A stretch of 64,000 nt of DNA from Octopus sinensis (GCF_006345805.1 NC_043003.1:41974001-42038000); one strand, 5' to 3'. Counted from the first letter of the stretch, positions 25,970 through 40,494 are shown. Numbers and translations: made by a program. The notes: generated from the sequence alone by a model not told the origin.

Positions 25970-26655
25970 GAAAACATGTCATGGATCGATTATCATAAGT
26001 CATACGATATGATCTCACATTTTGGGATTATGGAATGTATGAACCTATTTGGTATTGCATCAGGTGTTGAGTGATTGCTTGGAATTTGTATGGCAAAGTG
26101 GTGGACGGAACTGACACCATATGGAAAAGTTTAGGGACAATAGACATCAGGAGAGACATCTTCCAAGGGGACTGCCTGTCTCCATTGATCTTTGTACAGT
26201 GCATGATACCCCTAAAACTCATTCTGAAGAAAGCAAGAGCCGCCCCCAAAAAGTCAACCACTTGTTATTCAGGGATGACGTCAAACTCTATGGTAAACAT
26301 GAATCCCAAGTCAGTTCCCTCGTTAATACGGTGTATACTTTTAGTGCTGATATCAGAATGAATTTCCCACACAAAATCAGTAGTGTGTTACTCTTGAAGA
26401 GAGGCAAAATTGAATGCATGGACGGGCTAGCGCTACCGTCGGGGGAGGTTATGAACCAAATAGAAGAGACAGGCTATACATAATTCGGGATATTTAAGAT
26501 GGACAAACTGATGAAGAAAGAAATCACAGAAAAATTTAAGGTGGTGTTCTTGCGCGCCGATTGGAGGCAAACACAGCATTAGAGCAGAAGAAAGCAACTT
26601 AGAATGTTATGTAAAAATGCCAGGGAACCGCTATTATTGGAAGTAAGAAGGCCGT
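25970..26655 (+). mobile_element. R4/Dong-like non-LTR retrotransposon RT fragment
   Basis: WIDYHKSYDMI, IRRDIFQGDCLSPLIF, VNHLLFRDDVKLYGK, LLLKRGKI; frameshifted. Confidence 0.85.
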
Positions 26656-28097
26656 AGATTGCTTTTTGCCCATCTGTCATATCACCATTAGTTTTATTGT
26701 CTTCTTCCAGACCAATCTATATGTCCCTCACGGAGCAAGCTGTCACTGTTCCTTTCTAGTGTTTTATTAAAGATCTCACCTCTGTTTACTTCTATGAGAT
26801 TACTTTTATCAGTAAGAACTCTATTTCCATCGTTTTCTCTGCTGCCTTTTTCCAATGCCCTTCATTTGATAGCTTCGAGCTGTACTGTGAATCAACGATT
26901 TTATCTTATTGCTCTAGCTTGATCACATAATCTCTGAAACAATCAGACGCTCCAGGGCTGAAAACAAATGAAATACTCTTCCTAGCTGTGTTGTAAAAGA
27001 ACCATAGTATTTATTTACATATCTTTAAACTGGAAAATAATGGTCTCCTAACACTAGACAATGGTATCGCAGAACTGACTTTCCAATATGAAAGAGAGAC
27101 TTCCTGCCATAAATATTACATATACTCACATAGTAAGCGAAGGATTATGAGTGTTTGTTTGACGTGGAAGAAATAGTAGCCAAGCCTCGTTGAAGTTAAA
27201 TGCTATCGTCTTAAGAATCACAGAGAACGTTCGGATATTTTTATCAAAACTCCCAAAAGAAAAAATGCATGACGTCCACAAATGGAAATCCTTTAATCAT
27301 ACCTACGCATATTAGTAAAAAAATGGGACTGGATAAAGATAACACCGTTAAAAATTTAGATGATGATGCTTTGTTGAAAGGTTCTGGAAAACACATTCCA
27401 AAATAATTGAAATATACATTAATTTTCATAAATATTTCCAAAATATTGTTAAATTGTATGGGTACCGAAGTATCACGCATTCATGCTGTTCTAGAAAAAG
27501 AAAAACTAACATAGCTTGTGATGGCTACAAAGCTGTTAGGTCATTCCTCTTTTTCTTTTTTGTTTCGTTTTTGCTTTCAACAATACCAATATATATTATC
27601 TGGGTTATCGTATCGCGTTGTGTCTATCAGCGAATTTTGATCACAATTTAACAGGAAAACGAAAAAGAAGGTGAAATAGAGGAGATAAATCAGGAGAGGG
27701 TACTTGCGTTTGCTAATCAATATTAAAGAGATGACTAGTAAAAACAAAAATTATTGAAAGTTAGGTTTCAATAAATTCAAATACATACATACATACATAC
27801 ACACATACCTACATACATACATACATACATACATACATAGAAAAGAAAATAGTAATTTATCAAAAATTGAATTGATTGCCAGATTTTTAATTTAGCTTTC
27901 CTCACACTTCCGTTCGATGGCGGTAGGTATGGTATTAATAGAATTTTTGTCAAGTTCCCAAACGAATGAATTATGTGTGTATATACATACAAACATACAT
28001 ACATAGGTGCATACATACATACATATACATTCAAACATATATATATATATATATATATATATGCATGAGAGTATGTATTTATATATATAAATATATG

Positions 28098-28133
<36 letters not shown>

Positions 28134-29147
28134 TAGATAGATATAGATACATAGATTGATGGATAAATTGATAGATAGATAGATGTATGCACACATACAC
28201 TCATATGTGTGTTTTTATACTTATATACACATATACATATCTCCAAATGTATATTTATACTCATCGTTTGGCCAACTAATTTCAATCAGATTTATAGTAA
28301 TATCCTTATTTGGTGTTTCTGAATCCATCTTGCAATATAAAAATTATTTCAACACGCTGTCAATTCTTAGCAATCTTTTGACCTATGAAATATAAATGTG
28401 ATTACTTGCCTTATCTTATCGTTGAACATCATTCTTCAATCCGCAGCTTCTCTATCGTCTTATTTCTCTTCGTAATATCATAACAGCAACAACAGCCACA
28501 ATAAAGTCATCAAGAAAGGCCTTCCGCTTCGGTCAAGCCCTTATCGACTTTTTGAGACCCTCTAGGAAAGGAAAGTGAGGAGGGAAAGGAGACTGCTCTC
28601 ACTCCCTCCCAGTGAACTTTTCAAAGATTGAATGACTGTGACGAAACTGGTTAAGATGAATGGATCTACTCTAAGCATGCATATGTATATCTGAGAACAA
28701 CACATGAGCGAAGCTCTGTAATGTACCCTTGATCAAGGTGATCCTGGGTCTCTGGATTTCCTAGATTGGCCGTAGCCACAGGTTCTTTTGTAGCAGTAGG
28801 ACTGCATCATAGTTATGCTCGCATATTTCGTTTATCTCACTTTCCTCTCCTCCACCTTTATAGGTAACTTTTATGCGAGTCCCCACACAAATTGTAAACT
28901 ACCTTCGTAATGTAACCCCCATCTTATGCCCTGTTTCAAATTATAGAAATCCACCTCTTCCTTATCACCACCTACATTATTATGGTTTTTTACTCAACAC
29001 ATGGATATGATACTTTTCCAGAAATGCATCAGAAATGCATATATTGTCAGCCAATAAGGAACCTGCCCAACTGGTTACGGTCAGGTAACTGGCAAGCCAA
29101 TTTGTAGTATTGCGCAGACTTTTTGCTGTAGTTCATCTTTCACATTC

Positions 29148-29320
29148 CCACTCAGTTAAGGATAGAAATTCCAGTCAGTTAAGAACAAAACCTCCAATTA
29201 GTTGACACCAGAGCTTCCATTCAGTTAACAATAGAGCTTCTAGCTAGTTAAGAACGGAACTTCCAGTCAGTTAAGAACAAAACTTCGAGTTAGTTAAGAA
29301 CGGCCAGTCAGTTAAGAATC
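29148..29320. repeat. 23-bp minisatellite, about 8 diverged units
   Basis: ccagtcagttaagaacaaaactt-type units in tandem. Confidence 0.9.
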
Positions 29321-29759
29321 TCAGGCGCATTGAGATATTTAAGTATCAATGAATCTGAGATTCTTAACATATCTCTCCGTCACTTTGACTAAACGGACTA
29401 AAGCCCATACATATCAATTCTTGTTGCTTCTCTGTGAAAAGGTGGTCGAATTAGAATCCTAATAATATTCCCTTATCAGATGGTATTATGCAATTTGTCA
29501 TGGTCTATTTCTGTTAACTGAATTAATCATTGTAAAGTAGATTATCAACTTATTTCATTAATAGATTTCTGCGTTCACCGTGTGTTAACAATACACAGGT
29601 TAACTTCTATGGTAGTCTAATTAGAATAAGGTAATAACATGCAAATTTTCGATTAGATAAATACAGATATAAACTGGTTAATCTGTAAAGTCAAACTTAA
29701 TGAATTGTTAATCAAATGAGTTACCTAATTCGTGTATCGTTTAGAGGAAAGTTGAAACT

Positions 29760-30560
29760 TGTTTATAGATTTTATGATAATAATACCCGACTATTCTTCT
29801 ATTGATATGGAGAAAGACGAATGATCTATAGCAAAAATATGGTGTTGTAGGTAGATTTTGTCAAAATTATGATTTCAGCTTCTGTAGAGGCGATCAAGAG
29901 GTTCAGCTGAGCATCAGATATTTTACCACTACTGGATGATCTCTATAAATATTGTCGAATACCAGAATTATTCAGCCATCTTCTTGCAGTGGTTTATCAG
30001 AAATGGCATCAGACAAAAGCTGAATGTACGAATCAAGAAGTGACTGGGTTGAAGAGGGATATTATACAGAGTCTTAGATCCATGATTATGCTAAACATCT
30101 ATTTGATGACACTGCAGTCTTGGTTTGAACGAAATCGTATCAAAAATGTTATCAAACGCTAAATGTCCTTTATACGTCGATCAATGAATCGCTCTTGCTC
30201 ACCACCAAACCTCTGTAGTAGATATATTGCTAAGCAATATTTTCTTGAAAAAACTTATGATGTCGACTGTATGTTGTTAAAAAATTTCAGCTAAGAGATT
30301 ATGGACCCACTCCAGAAATCCTGTCTGGCAGAGGGAAGAGCCGGTTCTAGGTAACTATTGCGAGAAAGGTATGACCGATATGCTTGCTTCATGCTAAAAG
30401 AGCGACAACACTTTTTTGCGAGCACTCACCGTGTCCGAGCATTGCTGACTTATAATACATTTATAACAGACTAGGCTCCCAGCTGATTCCATCAATAGTA
30501 TCGCCTCACCACATTCCTTTGATCGTGATAAGCAAGTACTTCTCCTCTGATCGTTGGATA
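29760..30560 (+). mobile_element. Highly decayed LINE RT (RTE-like)
   Basis: Ordered relics VDFVK(x)YDS, LYKYCRIPELF, TGLKRDII, LNIYL and HLFDDTAVL follow RT motif order. Confidence 0.45.
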
Positions 30561-30824
30561 CAGCAAATATTCTTATGACAAACAAGTCTGAAATGACTGA
30601 GATGAGACACTTTTCTCTTTAAACAAAGCCTCCACCAAACCCTCCAGTTCCACTGGAAGAAATAAGGGACATATCTTCGAGACATTTTCTGAAATTGAGT
30701 GTAACTGAGATGAATAAATTCATAACTGAAACAAACCCGTCATATGTGTGTGTGTGTGTGTGTTGTGTGTATTTGTGTGTGTGTTTGTGTGTGTGTGTGT
30801 CCTAGGGTATGAGTTTCTGCTCCC

Positions 30825-30992
30825 ACCCCATCACCGCCTGACAACCAGTGTTGTGTTTGCATCCCCGTAACGAAGCAGTATAAGTGCTGGGCTCAAGAAA
30901 TAACTATTGTGGTCAATTTCTTCGACTAAAACCATTCAAAGTGATGCCCCAGCATGACCGCAGTTAAATGACTGAAACAAGTGAAAGGATAA
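30825..30992 (+). mobile_element. SINE family A, diverged 3' half
   Basis: gatgccccagcatgaccgcagttaaatgactgaaacaagt. Confidence 0.85.
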
Positions 30993-31257
30993 ATGAATAA
31001 TAAAAGACTGATATTGGTGGACAGGTTTGGTCTGGATTTGCAGAGTTCCTTGACTTATAGGAGGCTCTCTCTCTCCTATCAGGAGGACAGCATCATCTGT
31101 GTGTTCACATATGTTTTATATGTACACTTTTATCATAACTCGCCTTCGCTTCCCGTTCCTCCTTTCTCGTCTTTTAAAGAAAATATTGACATGGGATTTC
31201 AACTGACCTTGTAGTTACCCCGCACATCCGATGTTCCGTTGGTAAATTCATGGAAAC

Positions 31258-31306
31258 ACCATCATCATCATAGTCATCATCATCATCATCATCATCATCA
31301 ACGTCG

Positions 31307-31342
<36 letters not shown>

Positions 31343-31515
31343 ACGTCGTCATCATCATCATCATCAACAACATAGTCGACATCATCAACATCAACATCAT
31401 CATCATCATTAGCATCACCACTATAATATTCATCAGCATCATCAACAACACCATCATCGACGTCGTCGCCGCCGCAATAATCCTCCACTCCCTCCCCTCC
31501 ACTTTCTCCCCTCCA

Positions 31516-31546
<31 letters not shown>

Positions 31547-31575
31547 ATCATCATTATCATCATCATTATCGTCGT
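31258..31575. repeat. (ATC)n/(CCT)n trinucleotide repeats
   Basis: Direct; source of the poly-D/M/R ORFs. Confidence 0.95.
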
Positions 31576-31796
31576 GTTCGTCGTCGTTGTCACCATCAAC
31601 GTTATTGTTTGTTGTTGCTGTTACACAAAAGCCATGGTCATATCCACAATATGACATGACGGCCCTATTTAATTACACATGTAATATACTCGTATTTGTG
31701 GGATGTAGAGCAGCGTGCACTTTTATGGGATTCAATAAGAGAAGTTAAGGAACAAAAATTCACACATGCACAAACAGCCACTTAAACACAAGCATG

Positions 31797-31882
<86 letters not shown>

Positions 31883-32051
31883 GCCGGTACATACACATAT
31901 ATGTATGTATGCATGTATGTATGTATCTATCTGTCTGTCTGTCTATATAAATATATGTGTGTGTGCGTGTGTGTGTGTGTATGTATATATATGTTATATA
32001 TATATATATGTGTGTATGTGTGTGTGTGTTATCTGTGTGTATATATATAAT

Positions 32052-32083
<32 letters not shown>

Positions 32084-32151
32084 CATATATATTCATATAA
32101 ATATATATGCGTGTATATATATGTAAATATATGTATGTATATATATGTGTG

Positions 32152-32210
<59 letters not shown>

Positions 32211-34648
32211 TATATATATTTATATGCATAAATATACATACATATACATATATTTATGTATTTGTGTTAACACACACACAAAACTCACACACACACATCT
32301 GTATACACATATATATCTATATGCATATATGTATATATATGTATATATATATATATATATATATACATACATACACACACACGCGCGCGCGCACAAATAC
32401 ACACATATAAACACACACATTATACGTATAGTGTACGTGAATGTTTGCATGTTTGTACGTATCTGTCATTGCCTTCATTACTGAATTCTCTCTCTATTCT
32501 CGTCGCCCAGTAATATTCACGTATATAAACAGAAAGCGCAATAACGTGATAGGATATCAAGTCTCAATTTCGACAATATGTTTCACAACCATCCATTAAT
32601 ATCTATGTTTAATAAACAGATTGTCTAGACAATTAAACATTTGAGATGCCAGTTCTTCGTTTCCTTCTTTCCCACTCGAAATTTAATGACTCTCATATTA
32701 TGTTTCACTATTGTATTTCACAATTATCTGTCTTTCTGCTTAATTTCTGAAACAACACCTTCCTAACTAACCCACATGTGTGTCTCGTATAACGCTATAG
32801 TTACCTACCTAGCGAACAAACGAATGATTGCATGAACAAAATAATTAACTAACCAGCTGACTGACGACCAACGAACGAACGAACGAACGAAGTAGCAGGC
32901 CAGCAAGCGAAGGATCGCATGTGGGAGCAAGCGAAGGACCGAACGCGGGAGCAATCGAATGAACAAGCTAACTAGCAAATTGACGAGCGTCGAAATGTCT
33001 AAAATAAATAAGCTAAATATATAACTAACTAAATAAAATTTGTTGTGTCTAGGAAGAGTCGTTTCGCCAATATTAATAACACAGGCACTGGTTCAATTAC
33101 AGTCGTTAATTATTAGTTAATCAATTAAATATCTATCCAGCTAATTAATCGATCGTTCTTTTAACTTGTTGGTTAAACAGTCGGTCGTTTGTATTGTTTT
33201 TGTTTTTCAAGTCCTTTCGTTGCCATTTGCAATATTTTCAGTGTCGTCTTTCTTTTAGTCCATTACTGGGCTGCGTTTCTTTGTCTGAGACCTTGTTTCT
33301 TGTATATGTGTTATATATGGATGTGTGTGTGTGTGTGTGTGTGTACGCGCGCGTGTGTGATTATTTGCGTGCATTTATATCTGTGTCTGTCTTTTAATGT
33401 GTTTACGTGTGTGTTTTCTTGCGTCTATGTGTGTGTATGTGTGTGTGTGTTATTAATACTGGCGTAATAATTCTCCCTAGACACAACAAAATGTATTTGA
33501 AACTACGAATTCACATAAAGATATTTACAATTTAAATATAGCAACTAATTGCATAAAAAAATATACTAAAAGTCAAATAACTTACTAACGAAAAAATGAT
33601 CGAGCCTGCTAACTGCCTAGTTAACTAGTTGATAAACTAACTAGCGAAAGTGCCAATTAACTAACTAACTAGCGAAAACACTAATTAACTAATTAACTAA
33701 CAAACCAAACAAACAACCACCCACCCATCTACCTACCTACATACCTACCTACCTACCAACCTACCTACCTACCTACTTACCTACCTACCTACCCCTTTAT
33801 GTATCACTATAATTTCCGTTTGTTACCTACACAAATATCACCATATCGCTTTAGTTCATATATTATCTTGCGAAAACGAACAGAAAATTTTCTTAATTTG
33901 CTGTTGCTCCTTTCATTCTTGTGTTTTATCTTATTGTGGCTGTTCTTATTTGAACCATCGGAGTGGCAGTTATCCCATTGCTGTTTTTGTTCCTTAACTT
34001 TTGTCCTAATCCTGCAATGATCAAATACAGTCCAGAATATAATCTAGTCCATCTCTTTCATTTCATTCGTGGTTATCGGTTGCAATTTCCAGCACGCTCA
34101 GCGAAAACGTAGAAACTTCCACTGTGTGTGGTAAAAGTGCTAAGATTCAAATACTTCGTGAAAAATATTTTCGGATGATATCCGAGTGATGTGAATTTTC
34201 TTGCTTATATTCACCAAGCCAAAAGTAAAAGTCGTCTGTGTGTGTGCGAGTACGCGCATGTATGAGCGCGCATGTGTATCTACGTACGTATGTATGTAGA
34301 TTGGTAGGTAGGCAGGCTCATAGGTAGTTAGGTAGGTAGGTAGAACTATGTTAAGTTGGTTATAAAGATTACCTTTAAAGATAAAATAATTATAAGATAT
34401 ATGTCCAACAGATTTTCAAGTCTCGTCTAGTGAATATTTTGCATCTATTGGACCACTACATAATCCTTGCTTACTATTATTACATTAGTCTCGGATCAAA
34501 GACAGATTCGACATCGCCTATTTTTGACTCGGAAAACAACATATCAAAAAGCAATTCCCGCAAATAACACTAGGTATGCATTTGCCTAACTATCATTCTA
34601 CAATCTCGAGTGAGCGTATGTACGTTTGTATATTAAGTGTATTTGTAT

Positions 34649-34833
34649 GGGGAGAATTCACAAAAAATAAACAAAAGAAAAGACGAAAACAGGTGGTGTA
34701 GACAACAAACAGCTGTTTTAGTTTAACGCTCGGGAAAGGAAAGGGGTTTAACGTTTCGAGCCTACGCTCTTACACAGAAAGAAACAAGGAGAGAAAAGAA
34801 AGAATATGTAGTGGCTAGCGATGTCTCATGGCG
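34649..34833 (-). mobile_element. Penelope-type terminal repeat with decayed hammerhead-like motif
   Basis: Reverse complement ctgtgtaagagcgtaggctcgaaacgtt...cccgagcgttaa is similar to 38013-38075. Confidence 0.6.
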
Positions 34834-34989
34834 AATGTAAGTATGTATGTATGTGTATGTATGCATGCATGTATGCATGCATGTATGTATGCATGTATGG
34901 ATGTATGTATGCATGTATATATGTATGCATATGTATGTATGTGTAATCGCTTCTTCACGCCGCTCATGAGCACTATTGGTGGCGTTTAA

Positions 34990-35410
34990 TCCAGTGCATC
35001 ATTTGAAGCCATCAGTAATATGTTTGTGAACCTAATGTTGGGTTTGAGGAATCATAGAGGAGGGCATAACGTGGTTGTACCTCAAAGACAAAGTTTTTCC
35101 GACAAAGATGTTATGCATTTAGTGGAAAAACAAACTAAGACTGGAAATGGAAATTAAAAAACAAAATCCACCAACTTCATTCAAATTGACTGCAGAGAAC
35201 ATTGCTAAATGCTTGGCACTTATAGAAAAACGTTTTATTATTAAGTTTTCGCGCAATGAAATACAAATCGTAAACGTAGCACAACAGTTTTATGAGGAGT
35301 GTACAATGAGCTTAATTCCCACTCTGAATTGTACAGAGATGATGTACAACAAACATCTCAACATTTTGGATAAGTTCTTCAACCATCCAGAAGATGATGA
35401 TGAACTCTCA
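34990..35410 (+). mobile_element. pogo/Tigger-like transposase C-terminal relic
   Basis: FSDKDVMHL...LTAENIAKCLALIEK...LNILDKFF resembles Tigger C-termini (LT.E.L.E...IE...TLD.FF). Confidence 0.45.
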
Positions 35411-35710
35411 TATAGTAGCCTACATAATTTGTTTATTATCACGTTTCTTATTTATTCCCTGACCTATTTCTCTCCAAACCTTTCCATATGTATTGTAGCG
35501 TGCATGTACTGGCCGTGCTGTTTGTATTTTGTGGTGGCTTTTGTAACAAAACAATAATCCGTCCAATCGATTTGTCATTTTATAATATCAAAATCAGCGG
35601 AAAGATCAATTTTCAGTTTCGGCTTTTCGAATTACGAACAGATTTTCAGGAACGAATTATTTCTATAACATAGGAGATTCCTCTGTACCCCATACACATG
35701 TACACACACA

Positions 35711-35751
<41 letters not shown>

Positions 35752-35789
35752 TTCATATACATATGTATGTGTGTGTGTTGTTCAAGGGT

Positions 35790-36600
35790 GAACCGGTGTG
35801 TGTTCATCTGAATATATATAGTTCAGCTACCTGAACTCTTCTTTCCCCTCCTTCAAATCATTAAACGGCTCATCCCCTACTCCCATTTCCTCTGCCTCCG
35901 ATGCCTGTGCAGCCGGTACCAGCATTTCGAGCCCCAACCCAATACGTGGCCTTCTCATTCACACAATGCGGTTACCCATGCACTTTTGTCCAAACTTCCC
36001 TTACCCGCACTCGTCAAATAGATCGCACTACCGCCCTCTCCGCTTTCCCACGCCAAATTTCCAATCAGATCCACTTTCCCCTTTTCCACCCCTCCACTCT
36101 ACTCCTTCGTCAGTAGATCTTGCGGGTCTCCTATCGACTCCAGCTAGATCCCACCACCCTTCCTATATCACCCGACTCACCCTTACCCGTCTTCAAACGC
36201 ACCGGTGAGCTACACCATCTACTGGTTCGTAGCACTATTCCCTCCTCTTTTACCACACAACTCTGGCCCTTCTCCTACTCCCGACTCCATTGTCACATAT
36301 GTCCTTTCATTACCAATCCTTCATTCGGTCTAACCAGCACACCCTCTACGTTATGAACTCTTTCTCCTGCTCTTCTTCAAATCTTATTTACTATATTAGA
36401 TGCAGTCTTTGCAATAAACTTTACGCTTGCCCAGCCGACCGGTTCACCGAACACCTACGAGACGTTCGTCCACACAAGAACACTCTCGGCCGCTCCATCT
36501 CAGACCTCACCATCTTCGACCTTACTCTACACCATGGATCCAATAAAACCAGACTCCGCTTTGAACAGCATTACATTTTCGCTCTCGAATTCCCTTCGGA
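35790..36600 (+). mobile_element. Penelope-like element, RT thumb to GIY-YIG, degenerate
   Basis: HICPFI...FSCSSSNLIYYIRCSLCNKLY...DRFTEHLRDV...EQHYIF, the PLE GIY-YIG signature. Confidence 0.88.
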
Positions 36601-37809
36601 TTCAACACCACCCCTTCCTTTAAGTGACTTTCCCCACACACCGTGTCAAAAATATATTTTATTTTGTTTTTTTTTTATTTGCTTATCTTCTTTTATTGAT
36701 TTATTTACATAATCATTTTCATTCATTTTTGATTTTTGATTTTTTAAATTATTTTTTAATTTTTATATTCCTTTGTTTACTCATGTTCCTTTTTCTAACT
36801 TATGTTTAATTTATTTTTAATTTTCTTTTCCATATACTTGCACACTTATACATACACACACCTTCATACGCTTGCACTCATACTCATATATATATATATA
36901 CACACAACCCCCCACACCTCCAGGCACACTCAAAACACATACGCATCACGGCCACACACCCACCCACATAGAGGCCTCCACACACTCATACCCACATATA
37001 AATACACACCAACATAGAGGCCCACACCCATTCACACACACATATACATATACACACATTCACACATCCAGGCATCGCCATACACGCACCCACAAACACA
37101 TACACACTAGTAACTACTCCTACGTACTCATACTCTTGTCATCCTCCTCACACCCTATCACATACCACACGCACGCCCTAACAAACACCACATACACTAC
37201 ACACACAACACACACCTACGCACGCACATACATACGCACACTCGTGCACACACACTTTACCTCCCCAGCGCGCCCGCACACATACGGGCACACACATGCA
37301 CATATACAATCACACGCACACAAACGCACATGTATTTCTACACACAACGCCCGCCTACACAACGCACACACACATGCACTCATACAGACTCACGTACATA
37401 GACTCCCAAACACACTTGAATGCGCATAGACATAAACACATACACACACGCACATACGTACACGCATACATAGACACACGCACACACATATACATATATA
37501 TATAGAGAGAGAGATAGTTAGAGAGAGTGTGTGTGTGTATATGTGTGGTATGCACAGAATCACACGCACCCATACGCATGCGCGCACACACACATTCCCA
37601 CTCCATCCACGCACACATGCCAACACACACATTAACACACCTTTTACTACAGCTGTTGATTTATGATTGACCTCTCACTGCGACATATACACCAACGCCA
37701 ACACACATGCACGCAGTTCCTATCACGCACACACTGTTACTACTACACGCTCAAACGCTACCATACACACATACACAGACATGCTACTACACACACACAA
37801 ACACACAAA

Positions 37810-37869
<60 letters not shown>

Positions 37870-37994
37870 ACAAACGTATTGACCATCTTCACACACTCTT
37901 GCCTCCTTCAAATTCAAGTCACTTCAGAAATATAACCGTACGTGGACTGTTGGTGATTTTTCCTGATTTTTTCCCCTTATTTTTCATTCTTTCT

Positions 37995-38100
37995 CTGTGG
38001 ACTTTTCTCTTTCCGACGAAGTGCTATACTCGAAACATTTACAACTCTCCCTTTTCACCGAGCGTCAAATTAATATGTTGCTTGTGCACGTCCTTATCTT
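37995..38100 (+). mobile_element. Penelope-type 3' terminal repeat with hammerhead-like motif
   Basis: ccgacgaagtgctatactcgaaacatt...ccgagcgtcaa, downstream of and on the same strand as the PLE ORF relic. Confidence 0.6.
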
Positions 38101-38178
38101 CATTTCTTTTTTTATTCTTTTTCTTTTCTGCTTTTTAATTGTCTGTTCTTTTTATTGATTATATACATGTACATACAG

Positions 38179-38214
<36 letters not shown>

Positions 38215-38279
38215 CTATATACACATACATATACTTATTCACATATATACATATGTACATATATATATATGTATATATA

Positions 38280-38502
38280 TGTCTGTGTAGAGCTGAAAAA
38301 GAGGTAATTTCTACTCTTCTCCTCTGGAAGCCATCTACTCGCAATACCAGAGGGCGCACACTCTCCTACCCTGATGTAATCTCTAGGGATACAGGCATCT
38401 AGCAACAGGACCTCCGTAATGCTATGATGGACCGTGAAGTCTGGCGTAGCATGGTAAATTCCATTGTCTCGACCACGGTCAAACAATGATGATGATGATG
38501 AT
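38280..38502 (+). mobile_element. RTE-type LINE 3' end with (TGA)n tail
   Basis: LLLWKPSTRNTRGRTLSYPDVISRDTG...MMDREVWRSMV followed by gatgatgatgat. Confidence 0.85.
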
Positions 38503-40202
38503 GTGTGTATACGTATATACATTGATTGATCGGCTAATTGACTGAATGTGTAATTGATTCAATGGCCTTTGGACCAGTTTCCCTGTTTTAAAGTTTTACT
38601 TACCAGCGTCCTAGTTGACTTGACAGTCGGGCAGAATACTCTTAATGAAAGCACCATGTTGTCTAATAGAACCTGAACTCGTGTAAATCCAAAGCGAATT
38701 TCTTACCGACACATCTCTGTGGATAGACGTGTACAGCAGCGGTCTGAAAAGAGAGTGTTTGAAAAGGAGGGGAGTGGGAGGAAAGAAATGGGAGGAAGGT
38801 GGGGGTAAGAAGGAGGAGGACAAGAAAACGGGGGATGACTATGAGGAGGGAAGAAAGGAGGTCGACGATGACTATGATGACATAGAAGACGGATAAACAA
38901 ATGTGGCGAAGGAAGGAGAAACAATGATTTAAAGAACAAGAGAAAGAAGAAAAAAAGAAGGGGAGGAGGAGGAGGAGGAGAAGAAGAAGTAAAAGAAGAA
39001 GCTGGTGATGATGATGACGAGGAGGAGGAGGATGATACCAATATAGAAAGCAAGATACGAATGTGATAGAACTGTTGATTAAAAATACAGATTTTTTTTT
39101 CTCTCTCATTTTCTTCTAAAGAAATTTGCTGAGATGGCAAAACAGGAAAGCGAAAAGCGAAAACGAAAAATAGCCCGAGGATTTTACGAAATCTCATTCC
39201 TCTCTTCCGGTCGAGCAAATACAGTAAAACAAAAACATCGTGTATATAACACGTGATATATACACCGTCTGTGGCAAGACTGCCAATCCTCGATCCTAAC
39301 ACTCGTGTACGCTTCATTTAAGCTTTCAATCGATGATTCAGATGAAGCGATGAAAATGTTGGGTGGCACATTCTCTTCGTCAACCAATCCGCAACACACT
39401 ATTCAGATTGGTTTACTAAGCGCCTGAAGGCAACACAAGTTATTTAGAATCATGTTTTTCTCTGAGAAATCCACTTCAGCTGAAGAATAACGTCGTCTAA
39501 TTGAAAATTGACGAGTTACTTTCTATTTGTAACGATTCGTTCGTGGCTGATTCATATTAGTAAGAAACTACACAGGATATAATAAGAATAATAATGGATG
39601 TGTGTTGTGGGTAGAGGTATTGGTGGATGTGGTGGTGGTTGTGGGGTAGGTGGTGATGGTAGTGCCAGACGGCAGCGATGATAATGATGATGAAGATGAT
39701 AACGATTACGATGATGATGGTGGTGATGATGACGACTGAGGTATTTCATTTGTTAGATCAAGTGCATCAGTAACAGAAGCAACATCAGTAGACACACCGA
39801 GGAAGCGACTCGATTTATTGAGAGAGCTTCTATTGGACGACCCTCACAATTTTCCTATGTCGAACTTCTCATGGTACCTCTACGTATTTCCTTGTCATGT
39901 TACATCAAACGATATCAAATGAGACTGCTATGATTAAGATGGATAATTAATTCTGAGATATAAAAATACACCCGATAAAAAAACAGAATGATCATGAATT
40001 CAGGACGTCTTTGCTCAGATAATTGCGTAGTCAGGCCAGGAATAAACAACAACAACAACAGCAAAGCAAAATATCACCAACAACAAACTGCTTCAACTAC
40101 ACCAACCATTATTTTTGGAACAAGGCCAGCAATTTCTGAGGAGAGCTTTGTTGATTATATCAACGCCAGCGGTCAGCTGTTACTTAATTTATTAACCCCG
40201 AA

Positions 40203-40300
40203 TGGATGAAAACCAAAGCCAACATTTGAACTCGGAACGTAAAAACGGACGAAATACTGTTCAATATTTCGTCTGGGGTGTGCTAACGAGTCTGCGAGCT
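40203..40300 (-). mobile_element. SINE family B head fragment
   Basis: tttgaactcggaacgtaaaaacggacgaaatac...gctaacga is the reverse complement of the head. Confidence 0.75.
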
Positions 40301-40494
40301 CCTCCTCCTCCTCCTCTTCCTCCTCCTCCTCCTCCTCCTCCCCTTCTTCTTTTTCTCCCTTTCATTCTTTCGGTATGGATAATATAAATTCAGACAAGCG
40401 CTGCGACCGATATAATCGAGTAGAAATCCTCGCAAAAATTTCAGGCCCTTGCTTATAGTAGAAAATATTATTATCATTGTTGTTGTTGTTGTTG

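Noticed and set aside
29148-29320. CRISPR-like appearance of short regular repeats
   Set aside because: The units are contiguous diverged tandem repeats without unique spacers, in eukaryotic DNA with no cas genes.
30291-30350. 60-nt exon candidate (tttcag...gtaact)
   Set aside because: It lies within the decayed RT relic at 29760-30560.
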